A stretch of DNA of 62,960 nt, the filler included, from Octopus bimaculoides (lineage: Eukaryota): assembly GCF_001194135.2 (NCBI RefSeq). It is 12 parts of 12 records of this genome, joined end to end, with 100 filler letters (N's around TTAATTAATTAA, not from the genome) between each part and the next. Parts side by side here need not be neighbours in the genome. Positions count along the whole stretch, not along the records: positions 49,054 to 53,466 come from NC_068996.1; positions 53,567 to 55,694 come from NW_026323622.1; positions 55,795 to 58,658 come from NC_069004.1; positions 58,759 to 61,772 come from NC_068989.1; positions 61,873 to 62,960 come from NW_026340755.1; 7 more parts are not named here. The stretch is one strand, 5' to 3'. The notes beneath the pieces were generated by a model. It did no database searches and had not been told where the DNA came from. It saw only the letters and a program-made list of their open reading frames with translations. The translations under genes were made by a program, and so were the position numbers. Positions 52,939 through 62,960 of this stretch are shown piece after piece (positions within the stretch are counted from its first letter, which is position 1; every line of letters begins with the position of its first letter).

Positions 52939-53044
52939 CGTTCGTTCGTCTGTCTGTCTGTCTATCTGTCTGCCTGTTTGTCCGTTTTTGTTAATTAATA
53001 TCATGAGAAATGGTAACAGTTATACATTTCCCAGCAGTATAAAC

Positions 53045-53241
53045 AACATCCTCTATGTGGTTGCTCGACCTACTAGAAATAGTCGCCAAATCTATCACAA
53101 ATCTTACCGTACAATTTAAAATAAGAGAAAAAAAAACATTAGATAGTGTATTACGTACCACTAAAACAGACGGAATGCCTTTTCTCACAACAGGAATGCT
53201 CAATCAGAGTCTACACGAGGTCAAACAACAACAACAACAAC
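53045..53241 (+). mobile_element. Old SINE family D 3' half with (CAA)n tail; related tails at about 20300-20450, 20625-20685 and 55845-55925
   Basis: GTTGCTCGACCTACTAGAAATAGTCGCCAAATCT...GGAATGCCTTT...GTCAAACAACAACAACAAC. Confidence 0.5.
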
Positions 53242-53566
53242 ACTGTAAATGAAAGGAACTGCCAGGAATGAAAAGTGGGCCAGAGACAAGGATTGCTGGA
53301 ATTTCACCTGAAGTTTTGGTGCCTTTTTAGATGAAATATAAAATTACTTTCTTATCGTTCTGCTTTATTTTTATCTATTCCTTTTCTTTCCTTGTTTTTA
53401 ATGTCGTTTCTTTTATTTCTATCGAAAATTCAGTTATTTGTTTATTTATTTACCTATGTTTATACTNNNNNNNNNNNNNNNNNNNNNNNNNNNNNNNNNN
53501 NNNNNNNNNNTTAATTAATTAANNNNNNNNNNNNNNNNNNNNNNNNNNNNNNNNNNNNNNNNNNNN

Positions 53567-55227
53567 ATATAATATAATATAATATAATATAATATAATAT
53601 AATGTGAATGTCAGTGCGTCAGTGTGTCACACTTTTTCAACTTTACTCCTCGAGACTGTAGCCCAAGATATCATACCGTTTTGGAATCAGGCTGATTCCG
53701 CGCCAAATCCTGAAATTTGAGATTCTCAAGTTTTCATTACTGTGATTGTTTTCGGCGATTTTTTTACGTGACTTTTTGCGACAAAGTTTTTTTGTACGGT
53801 AACATTTTTTATAATCTAAAGGCTAACTCTCTGAGTAAATTAAAAACATTCGGACTGAATCAGGACCTGCAATCCTGAGATTTGGGATTCCTATGTTTTC
53901 ATTACTTCGATTGTTTTCGGCGATGATCATCATTGGGATATGACTTTGGAGGAAGTAATTGCAACAAATTCTCCAAAACAAGTCAGAGATCTGTTTGCAG
54001 ATCTTCCCATTCAGGGTCAGTTGCTTAAAAGCTATATACNNNNNNNNNNNNNNNNNNNNNNNNNNNNNNNNNNNNNNNNNNNNNNNNNNNNNNNNNNNNN
54101 NNNNNNNNNNNNNNNNNNNNNNNNNNNNNNNNNNNNNNNNNNNNNNNNNNNNNNNNNNNNNNNNNNNNNNNNNNNNNNNNNNNNNNNNNNNNNNNNNNNN
54201 NNNNNNNNNNNNNNNNNNNNNNNNNNNNNNNNNNNNNNNNNNNNNNNNNNNNNNNNNNNNNNNNNNNNNNNNNNNNNNNNNNNNNNNNNNNNNNNNNNNN
54301 NNNNNNNNNNNNNNNNNNNNNNNNNNNNNNNNNNNNNNNNNNNNNNNNNNNNNNNNNNNNNNNNNNNNNNNNNNNNNNNNNNNNNNNNNNNNNNNNNNNN
54401 NNNNNNNNNNNNNNNNNNNNNNNNNNNNNNNNNNNNNNNNNNNNNNNNNNNNNNNNNNNNNNNNNNNNNNNNNNNNNNNNNNNNNNNNNNNNNNNNNNNN
54501 NNNNNNNNNNNNNNNNNNNNNNNNNNNNNNNNNNNNNNNNNNNNNNNNNNNNNNNNNNNNNNNNNNNNNNNNNNNNNNNNNNNNNNNNNNNNNNNNNNNN
54601 NNNNNNNNNNNNNNNNNNNNNNNNNNNNNNNNNNNNNNNNNNNNNNNNNNNNNNNNNNNNNNNNNNNNNNNNNNNNNNNNNNNNNNNNNNNNNNNNNNNN
54701 NNNNNNNNNNNNNNNNNNNNNNNNNNNNNNNNNNNNNNNNNNNNNNNNNNNNNNNNNNNNNNNNNNNNNNNNNNNNNNNNNNNNNNNNNNNNNNNNNNNN
54801 NNNNNNNNNNNNNNNNNNNNNNNNNNNNNNNAAAATGAAAACAGAACACAAAGAATTCCGCGGTACACGTGTTTCAAGCTTTATACCCAAACAGTCGTTG
54901 CATCATTATGTGAGTATATAATTGATAGAAAGGATGGTTTAAAGCTATCTTCAGCCGTAAACATTATCAGTCCCAAGATTACATCACAAAGAAAAAAGAA
55001 AAAGAGAGAGAAAAAGGAAAAGTCCACTTAGTAATATGCTTATCCTTTAAATTGTTATATCTACATAAAAGTTCCTTGGTAATCAAAAATCTGTCCATAT
55101 TGTACCGCCGCCTTTGTATGTTGCATTATCAAGAGCGTCAAGGAAAGAAAATATAAAAGTATCAACCGAGATAAATGAAAAGGGTCCATTTGCTGACAGT
55201 TGTGTCTGCAAAAAAATTCTACGGTGA
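53567..55227 (+). mobile_element. Helitron remnant spanning the 54040-54831 gap
   Basis: DDHHWDMTLEEVIATNSPKQVRDLFA (about 53922-54000) resembles Rep/Hel DD.HWD.TL.EA....SP..LR.LFA; LYVALSRASRKENIKV...KKILR* (55114-55227) is the PIF1-helicase C-terminal motif. Confidence 0.75.
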
Positions 55228-56379
55228 TGTGACATTCATCACTCTCTTTTAATTGAAATGTATTTAAGTTTCTTTTTAATTGCCAGGAAAGGGACACTGG
55301 AAACACTTAAGACGTCTATAAGTGAATATAATGAAACAACAATTTAGCAAAACACAACTCTTCATATTAGTAAATGTAATTCATTAATTCCCACTAGAGC
55401 ATCTATTTTCAAATTCACTCAAGTGAAGATTCATGAATATTTTCCGTTATACTGACCTTACGACTGCTTACTACTACCTACCATATTTCTCACTTGAATT
55501 ACTTCTTCCCCCCTTCCTTCTTGTCTTTAGGCTTGACCTCTTAATCCATACACACATCTCTCACTCGATTCGGACTATCCTTTGAGAAAACAACGCACAG
55601 AGTACACTGGATACGATATGATATATATCCACCTTTTATCTCCTGAAAATACCCACAAGGATTCTTTACATGGATGTTCACTGTTGGAATGGAANNNNNN
55701 NNNNNNNNNNNNNNNNNNNNNNNNNNNNNNNNNNNNNNTTAATTAATTAANNNNNNNNNNNNNNNNNNNNNNNNNNNNNNNNNNNNNNNNNNNNAAAAAA
55801 AAAAAAAGCACCCCCACCAATAAAAACAGATATAAAACGGACTTCACATTGGATAGTCATGGCTGAAACGCTTTTGATTATAAGGTCTACAAAATTTGGG
55901 CAGAACTGAGGCTAAACAACAAGCAATTAATAAGATTCTCCTACGAAAGATTCTGCCAGAAACATTAGAATTTTTCTTTACTTTTCTTCTCGATAAACCA
56001 TTACAGTGCAATGAATAAAACTGATTGTTATAAGGGTCATAAATCCGTTCTGTGGTGTAACTACAACACTTCTCAATGGTTTAGATTTATTAATTACTCG
56101 ACGCAGACCAGTATTACTTACTCTGGATATATCGTTTACTTTATTTATATCATAATTACACCTGTTGGCAAAGAGGACGATAAGACGACTAGAATTATCT
56201 CCCCTACAATTGAGTTATCTCCACTTGTTTAGTTGAAGACTTTGCTTCGGTACTTTGAGGAAACTGATGTTTTGTTGCCAAAGTCAGAAGCGTCGAACGG
56301 ACGCTAGCTTTGTTTTTTTTTTTGTTTTTTTTTCACCGCCACACTCTTTGTAATGATTAGAAATTGACCAGAAGAACAA

Positions 56380-56836
56380 ATATTTAGTATATTATGAAAT
56401 GCTTTTTGAGGAAACTACCTGTCATCTTTCTCAATGAGCAATAAAAATACGCGCCAAAAGGCGAGCGCCAACAGAGCTTGCACGATCTACTGGAAATAAC
56501 TCTTCTCATAGGAAAAATGCATACATACATACATACATACATACATGCATACATACATACATACATACATACATACATGCATATGTTTTCGTCATTTTGG
56601 TAAACAGGAAAAACTGATCTGTTTCTACGGAGTTGGGACTTGATATGGACCTTGTGCTCATCAAAACTGATTTGATGTTTTCTTGCTGTGATGCCCAAAG
56701 ACTTCTGATAAATTGCGGAAATGGCTGCCTCTAGATTGCATCATATATTTTCAACGATGTTGATGATGACAGCTTAATATCAAGACATTGTTGAAGTTGC
56801 TAAGGCTTTCTTTGGTCTGTGTGTGTGTGTGTGTGT

Positions 56837-56868
<32 letters not shown>

Positions 56869-57640
56869 GGGGGTAGAGAATCTGTGTTGGTTTTCCACAG
56901 AGATCGTTGTTTCGGTTACCGCCGTTACTTTCGTGTGAGATGAACTGTCATGTTTGATCGTGTGATTCAAATGTATCCAACAGCTGTTTCAACGATATAA
57001 AACTTCATTATCAGTAGGCGGTCCGTTCACCAATCCACGGTTCCTGTCACGGTGTATGGTAGATACACATTTTATAACCATGAGTCCGCACGAATATATA
57101 CTAATATGCTAGTGTTTTGATGGTGGATGTTGCTAAGAACCCTTGTGTCTGTTGGTTTGTCGAAATAATGTATTGGTCGTAACGTAAATCGTGATCATGA
57201 CTTTTTAGTTAAGAGCAGAACGCTATTTGAGTTAGCCTTTCATTTACTTTCTTTTCAGATTGTACCATAACTCAAATTAAGAACCTCTGCCAACTCTGGC
57301 ATTAAAGTTACCAGGAAATAATTTTCTCTTGGGTTTGTTCTCTAGGTAGGACACAGTCCTTTTTTAACATCCATGCCTGCGCACCGTTGACTTCCCGTTT
57401 GAACGGGAAGCTTTAGCGAGAAGTCAGCAATCTTTTCCGATCGTTAGTATATAGATCATGCCCTCTATCATCCAGATTATTGCTGACGACAAAGCCTCTT
57501 CCATATAAGCATCGTTCTTCAAATGGGTTTCCCTTCTATGAAAAGGTATATTCACCGTCAAGTTCCTTCAACCGGCTCCCATCGTTTAGTCTTGTCTCAC
57601 TAAATACTGTACTATCAACATTGAAGAGTGCCATTTTTTT
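56380..57640 (-). mobile_element. Decayed RTE-clade LINE: APE endonuclease start (57420-57640) and linker (56380-56790), interrupted by microsatellites
   Basis: FNVDSTVFSETRLNDGSRLKELDGEYTFS*KGNPFEERCLYGRGFVVSNN; LGITARKHQISFDEH resembles LG.TTRKHQDWFDEN. Confidence 0.7.
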
Positions 57641-57699
57641 CAAGAGATAAATAAGGTTCATTGTTCAAGTCAAAAGTTCTTTGGTTTGTCAATGAAAAC

Positions 57700-57995
57700 T
57701 CAAACGTTCTCAGTTCCAGAAATCATGTTGGAGAAGCTGGGATAGGCTACGTCTCAGAAACCTGGTCATCGGATCAAACTTCCAAAGAAAGGGAACCTAA
57801 AAGACTGCGCCAACTGGAGAGGCATTACACTCATTTCTGTCCCCGGAAAAGTGTTGCTTCTTGAATGGATGAAAGGCAAGGTTGACAAACTTTCACGAGA
57901 TCAACAAGATGGATTCCAACAGGAATGATTCGGATAGCCATACTTGGAATAAACATCGAACAGTCCCAGGAATGAAACGGCTCTTTGTACGTGAC
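57700..57995 (+). mobile_element. RTE-clade LINE RT N-terminal fragment
   Basis: 57773-57928 [47 protein letters not shown], then INIEQSQE resembling IIEQS.EW. Confidence 0.88.
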
Positions 57996-58083
<88 letters not shown>

Positions 58084-58110
58084 CTCTCTCTCTCTCTGAT
58101 TGTCTGTCTA

Positions 58111-58141
<31 letters not shown>

Positions 58142-58758
58142 ATGTGAAATGCGTATGCGTGCTTTCGTTGCGTGTGTATACATATAAATATACATACATA
58201 CACACACACAAACAAAGGCACACACAGACACACAGATTTATATATATACATATATACACACATATATGTATGTATGTATGTATCGTAGGTTCTGTTGGAT
58301 TCAGGTTGTGTATGCATTCATTATTTCGCGTATCCTATAAATAACGAATTCTGTCTGAATATATTTTTCTATTCCAATAAAAAACACAGATTTTTTCCCC
58401 GAGAATTCCAGCGTTTCTTTATCTTGAATCTCTGAAAGCAAAAATATTCATTTGAACGCCTTCAAAATATTTAACTTGCACGATTGTTGCCTTGGTTGTC
58501 TGCGGCCCACGTCGCTGCTGCGTGTGAGTGTGTATGGGAGAGAGAGAGAGAGAGAGAGAGGGGGGGGAGGAAGAAACTGTGTGTAAGAGAAATAAAGAAA
58601 GATAAATATAGAGAGAAATGGAGTCAGAAAGAATGTTTGTGTGTGTATGTGTGTGTGTNNNNNNNNNNNNNNNNNNNNNNNNNNNNNNNNNNNNNNNNNN
58701 NNTTAATTAATTAANNNNNNNNNNNNNNNNNNNNNNNNNNNNNNNNNNNNNNNNNNNN

Positions 58759-58766
58759 AAGAAACA

Positions 58767-58815
<49 letters not shown>

Positions 58816-58828
58816 ATCTATCTATCTA

Positions 58829-58871
<43 letters not shown>

Positions 58872-58964
58872 GCTTACCTACCTACCTACCTACCTACCCA
58901 CTTGTTTGTCTGTCTGTCTATGTATGTATGTATGTATGTATGTATGTATGTATGNNNNNNNNNN

Positions 58965-59004
<40 letters not shown>

Positions 59005-59331
59005 CTCTCTCTAATCCTATGAACCAAAAAAAAAAGAAAAAAAGAAAGGAAAAAAGAGAGTCACTTACTGTAATGTGTTTTTTTCATGACATTTTTGCCC
59101 AAAGTTACCGTGGTCTTTTCCGCAGGCTTTTCTTCCCAAGGATAAACCTAATCTGTTTTCCCTTTTTACATTGACATTTCTGTGATACACGTCCCTTATT
59201 GATCGTTATTTTTTCCACGATCTCTTTCGACCGAAATTCGACCCACTTTTTTTTCTTCTTCCCAAAAAGAAAAGCTCTACTTTGTATCTTGTCCCCTCTG
59301 TGTTCAACCCTGTGTGGCCAATAAAGAAACA

Positions 59332-59376
<45 letters not shown>

Positions 59377-59389
59377 ATCTATCTATCTA

Positions 59390-59425
<36 letters not shown>

Positions 59426-59530
59426 CTTACCTACCTACCTACCTACCTACCCACTTGTTTGTCTGTCTGTCTATGTATGTATGTATGTATGTATGTATGT
59501 ATGTATGTATGTACCTATCTATCTATCTAC
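58759..59530. repeat. Near-identical duplicated compound microsatellite block (58759-58985 and 59323-59530)
   Basis: AAGAAACA(TATC)n TT(TATC)n..(TGTC)n GCT(TACC)n CACTTGTT..(TATG)n present twice, including interruptions. Confidence 0.9.
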
Positions 59531-59997
59531 CTATCTACATAGAGAGAGGGAGAAAGGGACGGAGAGAGACATAGATACACATATACATTTATGTAAATGT
59601 GCCTCAGTTATTGATCTGCCAATATATCGTATTTGTCGTATTTGTATACCGATGTGTGTGTGTGTGCGTGTATACACCGCTAATTTTCCAATAAATATTC
59701 TCCTTAGCAACGATATAATATCAGTAAATTGAAATGTCTTGGTTTACTACGTTGACAATACTATTAAGTTTACTAATAAGTTATCATACAGCAGGGATCT
59801 CATGGTAAAATTTCCCAAGTCATTACATTAAGTTATTACTCCACTTAGTGTTCACTTCACCTCAAAATCATCTATATCGTTCCTGTTCAGGGTTTCTCAT
59901 GGGGAGAAGCGGAGAGTCGGGAAGGATTAGAAGTAGAGGTAAAATTTGCCAGTTTAATAAAAGTAAGATATTTTTAAAGGCATCATTCTGAGAAACC

Positions 59998-60190
59998 GAA
60001 TTGGCAGAGCCGTAATATTTGCTCCAAGTTTCTGTTCCCTGCGTTTAACTCCCACAGACATCAAGTTCACCACTTTTTTTTTTTTCTCCGGGTCTATAAA
60101 ATTGTACTAATCTAGCGTGGGGGATTGGCTGAGCTATTAGCAGGCGAGACAAAATGTCTTGCGGTATTCATTCCAGCTCTTTGCCTTCTA
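59998..60190 (+). mobile_element. Two very old SINE family B-like head/central fragments
   Basis: TTGGCAGAGCCGT..GTTTAACTCCC..CCGGGTCTATAAAATTGTAC; TTGGCTGAGCTATTAGCAGG..ACAAAATG.CTTGCGGTATT. Confidence 0.4.
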
Positions 60191-60630
60191 ACAGTCATGC
60201 TTGCGATGACATTGGTACAAATTTGCATCGGACCAAGTCGGCGATCTTTTGCATGGATAAACACCGGTTCCAAATACTATTTTTGTGTGGTATTAAGGTT
60301 GTTAAGTAACATTTGGTGAGTTGCGTATTACATAGTTAATTAATTAATCAATTAATTAATTAATCAATGGTAGTCTTTCGATCGAGAAAGACGGATCTAC
60401 GATTTTTTGCTGAACAACCCGTACAAATGACTTGTTTACTGTGATCAAACGTTTGTGCTGTACATAAGCTCGATCCCTGCATCAAATCAGCATTGCTTGA
60501 ACAAGTCCATAGTGTGCCACACATCGGTTGTTGAAGTGATAGCAGAGCAAGATGGAATAAACGAAAGCTCGGTCTCATGATCGTGAGTGCAACACACTGG
60601 TCTAGTAGTTAGGATTTTGCACTTATACTA

Positions 60631-61114
60631 ATATTGGTTTCTAATTTTGGCACAAGGTCAGCATGTTCGGGGGAGGAGGTAAGTCGATTACATCGAGCCC
60701 TGTGCTCAACTGGTACTTATTTCATTTACCCCAAAAGGATAAAAGGTTAAGTCGGCCTTGGCGGAATTTGAACTCAGAACGTAAAAACGGGCGAAATGCT
60801 GCTAAGCATATTGCCGGCTTGCAAACAGTTCTGCCAGCTCACTGCCTTAAGATAAGCCATTTTGTCCGACGCTCTAACGATTCTGCCACCTCGTTGTCTA
60901 ATGGTTTCAAATTTTGGCACAAGGCCAGCAATTCCGGGGGAGGAGGTCAGTCGATTACATCGACCCCAGTGCTCAACTGGTACTTATTTAACAGACCCCG
61001 AAAGGATGAAAGACAAATTCGACCTCGACGAAATTTAAACTCAGAATGTGAAGACTGGCGAACTACCGCTAAGCATTTTCCCTGGCGTGCTAACTGTTTT
61101 GCCAGCTTGCCGCT
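60631..61114 (-). mobile_element. Tandem SINE family B (MetaSINE-like) array: full copy 60900-61114, head fragment 60851-60899, full copy 60631-60848
   Basis: A box TGGCAGAA; B box GAGTTCAAATTCC; central GGTCGAATTTGTCTTTCATCCTTTCGGGGTC..AAATAAGTACCAG resembles the Meta domain. Confidence 0.85.
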
Positions 61115-62046
61115 GTCCCTCATGCTAATATTGGTGTTAGTTCTCATGCATTTTTATTCACCTGGGAGAGTTGCATTTATATATGTACCACAGCTAATTA
61201 AATAAAACAGCAGACAACATACATCAAATGGAATGAGAACAAGTTGTCACTGCTTAACATAAAAAACAATAGAAATACGAAGGCAGTTTGTAATGATTGA
61301 GAACAAGTTAAGTACAAAGAATGTGATCACCTTATCACAAAGCTAACTGATATAGTTTCGAGTAGTTATAATTTTGACTGATATAGTTTCGAGTAGATCT
61401 TCTGGTCGTTCTAGGCAGAGCAAATAGAAGAATTGAGAACACTTATCATGGACAACTTCAAGCTTTCATTCATGAAAAAGAAAATCTCACACACCTCCCA
61501 CACACCTTACATATATACCGCCCACACACATGACAAACATACATGCGCGCCCTCACACACACATATAGACGAACGCACATATATACACACACACGCACAG
61601 TGGTAGAGACACACACAAAATAACACACATACCTGGCACACATCCTTACGCTCTCACACACATACGCACGCACACACACATAAACACACACATACACACA
61701 CGCACACACACCTCTCACATACACAAACACACACATACACGTACACACATACACATACACACACATGCACACNNNNNNNNNNNNNNNNNNNNNNNNNNNN
61801 NNNNNNNNNNNNNNNNTTAATTAATTAANNNNNNNNNNNNNNNNNNNNNNNNNNNNNNNNNNNNNNNNNNNNTGTGTGTAAGTGTGTTCGTGTCGGAGGT
61901 TTGCATTGTATTTGTGTGTGTGCGATTTTGCATATCTGTGTGTCTTTGTTTTGGGTGTGCACCTGGGGAGGGGGCTTATGTTAGAGTATGTTGAGCTGTG
62001 GTCTGTATTTTTGAATAAGATTATTTTCCCTATTTATTCGTGTTTG

Positions 62047-62960
62047 GTTAGTGGTGTTGTCTGAGCATTGGTATAATGGGAAAACTAGGAATTTGGGGGA
62101 CTTGTTTTGTGCACAGAAATCTAAGTGCCCGGCTCAACACCACTCCAATCATCCTACCCAAAAAACTGCAGATAAAACCCATCCAAAATGAACCTGAAAA
62201 CCAACAAAAACTCAGAGAAAATCCAACTTTCGAAAAATTCAAAACAGAAATAGAACTGTTACGGCTAAGAGCCAATTCCAGCGAAGAAAAATTCAAGGCC
62301 CTTGACAACGAAATGCTAACTGAAATTTCAAAATGCTGTGAAGGTGCAGTCTTTGATGAAACCACCAAACTCTGGAGAAAAGCTGTGAGGATGAAGAATT
62401 GACATCTCTCCAACGAAAGGAAAAAAACACCTGGTTCACCAATTATGAAACGTGTTTAAAAACGAACACCTTACAAGCAACCAATATCTTAGAAAAATAC
62501 CTAAAATTCACACACCTCACCAGCAAGAAAGAAAACATCAAACACGCACCACTCCGACTCCTGACAACAATATTAACAGAACTTATAGACATAACTACAA
62601 CCCTATCAAAAGAACCCAGGTACCCACCAACCCAAGACAAAACTTTACCAGACTCTATAGATCCCAGCCCACACTAGAACAGTTCCAAAATCGAAGGTCC
62701 CACCCATCACAGGAGTTCACCCCCAAACCACGATTATAGATTCCAACCCAAACCGTTCCAAACTCGGAGACCCCATCCATCATATAGGAACTCACCTCTA
62801 AACCAAGATGGGAGTTTCCAACCCACTTTAAGGAACCAAACTTACACCTAGTACGAGCTACCCAGACCCCGAAATAACCCAAACTCCTTTAGTAGGCAAC
62901 ACATCAATGAGGGAAAGCTCAACACACACCAAAATACCGCAAACAAAAGAACCCCCAGAA
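62047..62960 (+). mobile_element. Decayed A/C-rich ORF, probably a retroelement 5' coding region, running off the window end
   Basis: PIILPKKLQIKPIQNEPENQQKLRE...FEKFKTEIELLRLRA..EEKFKALDNEM.. continues across frameshifts; no splice signals; family not identified. Confidence 0.45.

Overview
AT-rich, microsatellite-saturated eukaryotic scaffold segment with many N gaps. Eleven gaps are 100-bp placeholders (44 N + TTAATTAATTAA + 44 N). The SINE repertoire and gap style suggest an octopus (coleoid cephalopod) draft assembly; this is inference from recalled repeat families, not a database match. Only one host-gene exon is convincing: 216 nt, minus strand, 3970-4185, coiled-coil, gene not identified. 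Most ORF-track entries are microsatellite or N-gap artefacts. The rest is intron/intergenic DNA carrying decayed mobile elements: about four tRNA-derived SINE families, R4/Dong, CR1/L2-like and RTE LINE fragments, Penelope-like pieces, a mariner, a maT/DD37D Tc1-mariner with intact TIRs and a nested SINE, hAT, Helitron, and a Ty3/gypsy gag+LTR stub. The most notable structure is 49350-49616. This 267-bp foldback looks like a MITE, but each arm folds into a complete type I hammerhead ribozyme, one per strand, with a compensatory base-pair change between them. It lies next to a larger nested inverted-repeat region around a Penelope-like ORF remnant that shares the same TATCCATC/GATGGATA motif. 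No prokaryotic features, rRNA, intact tRNA or CRISPR arrays were seen.
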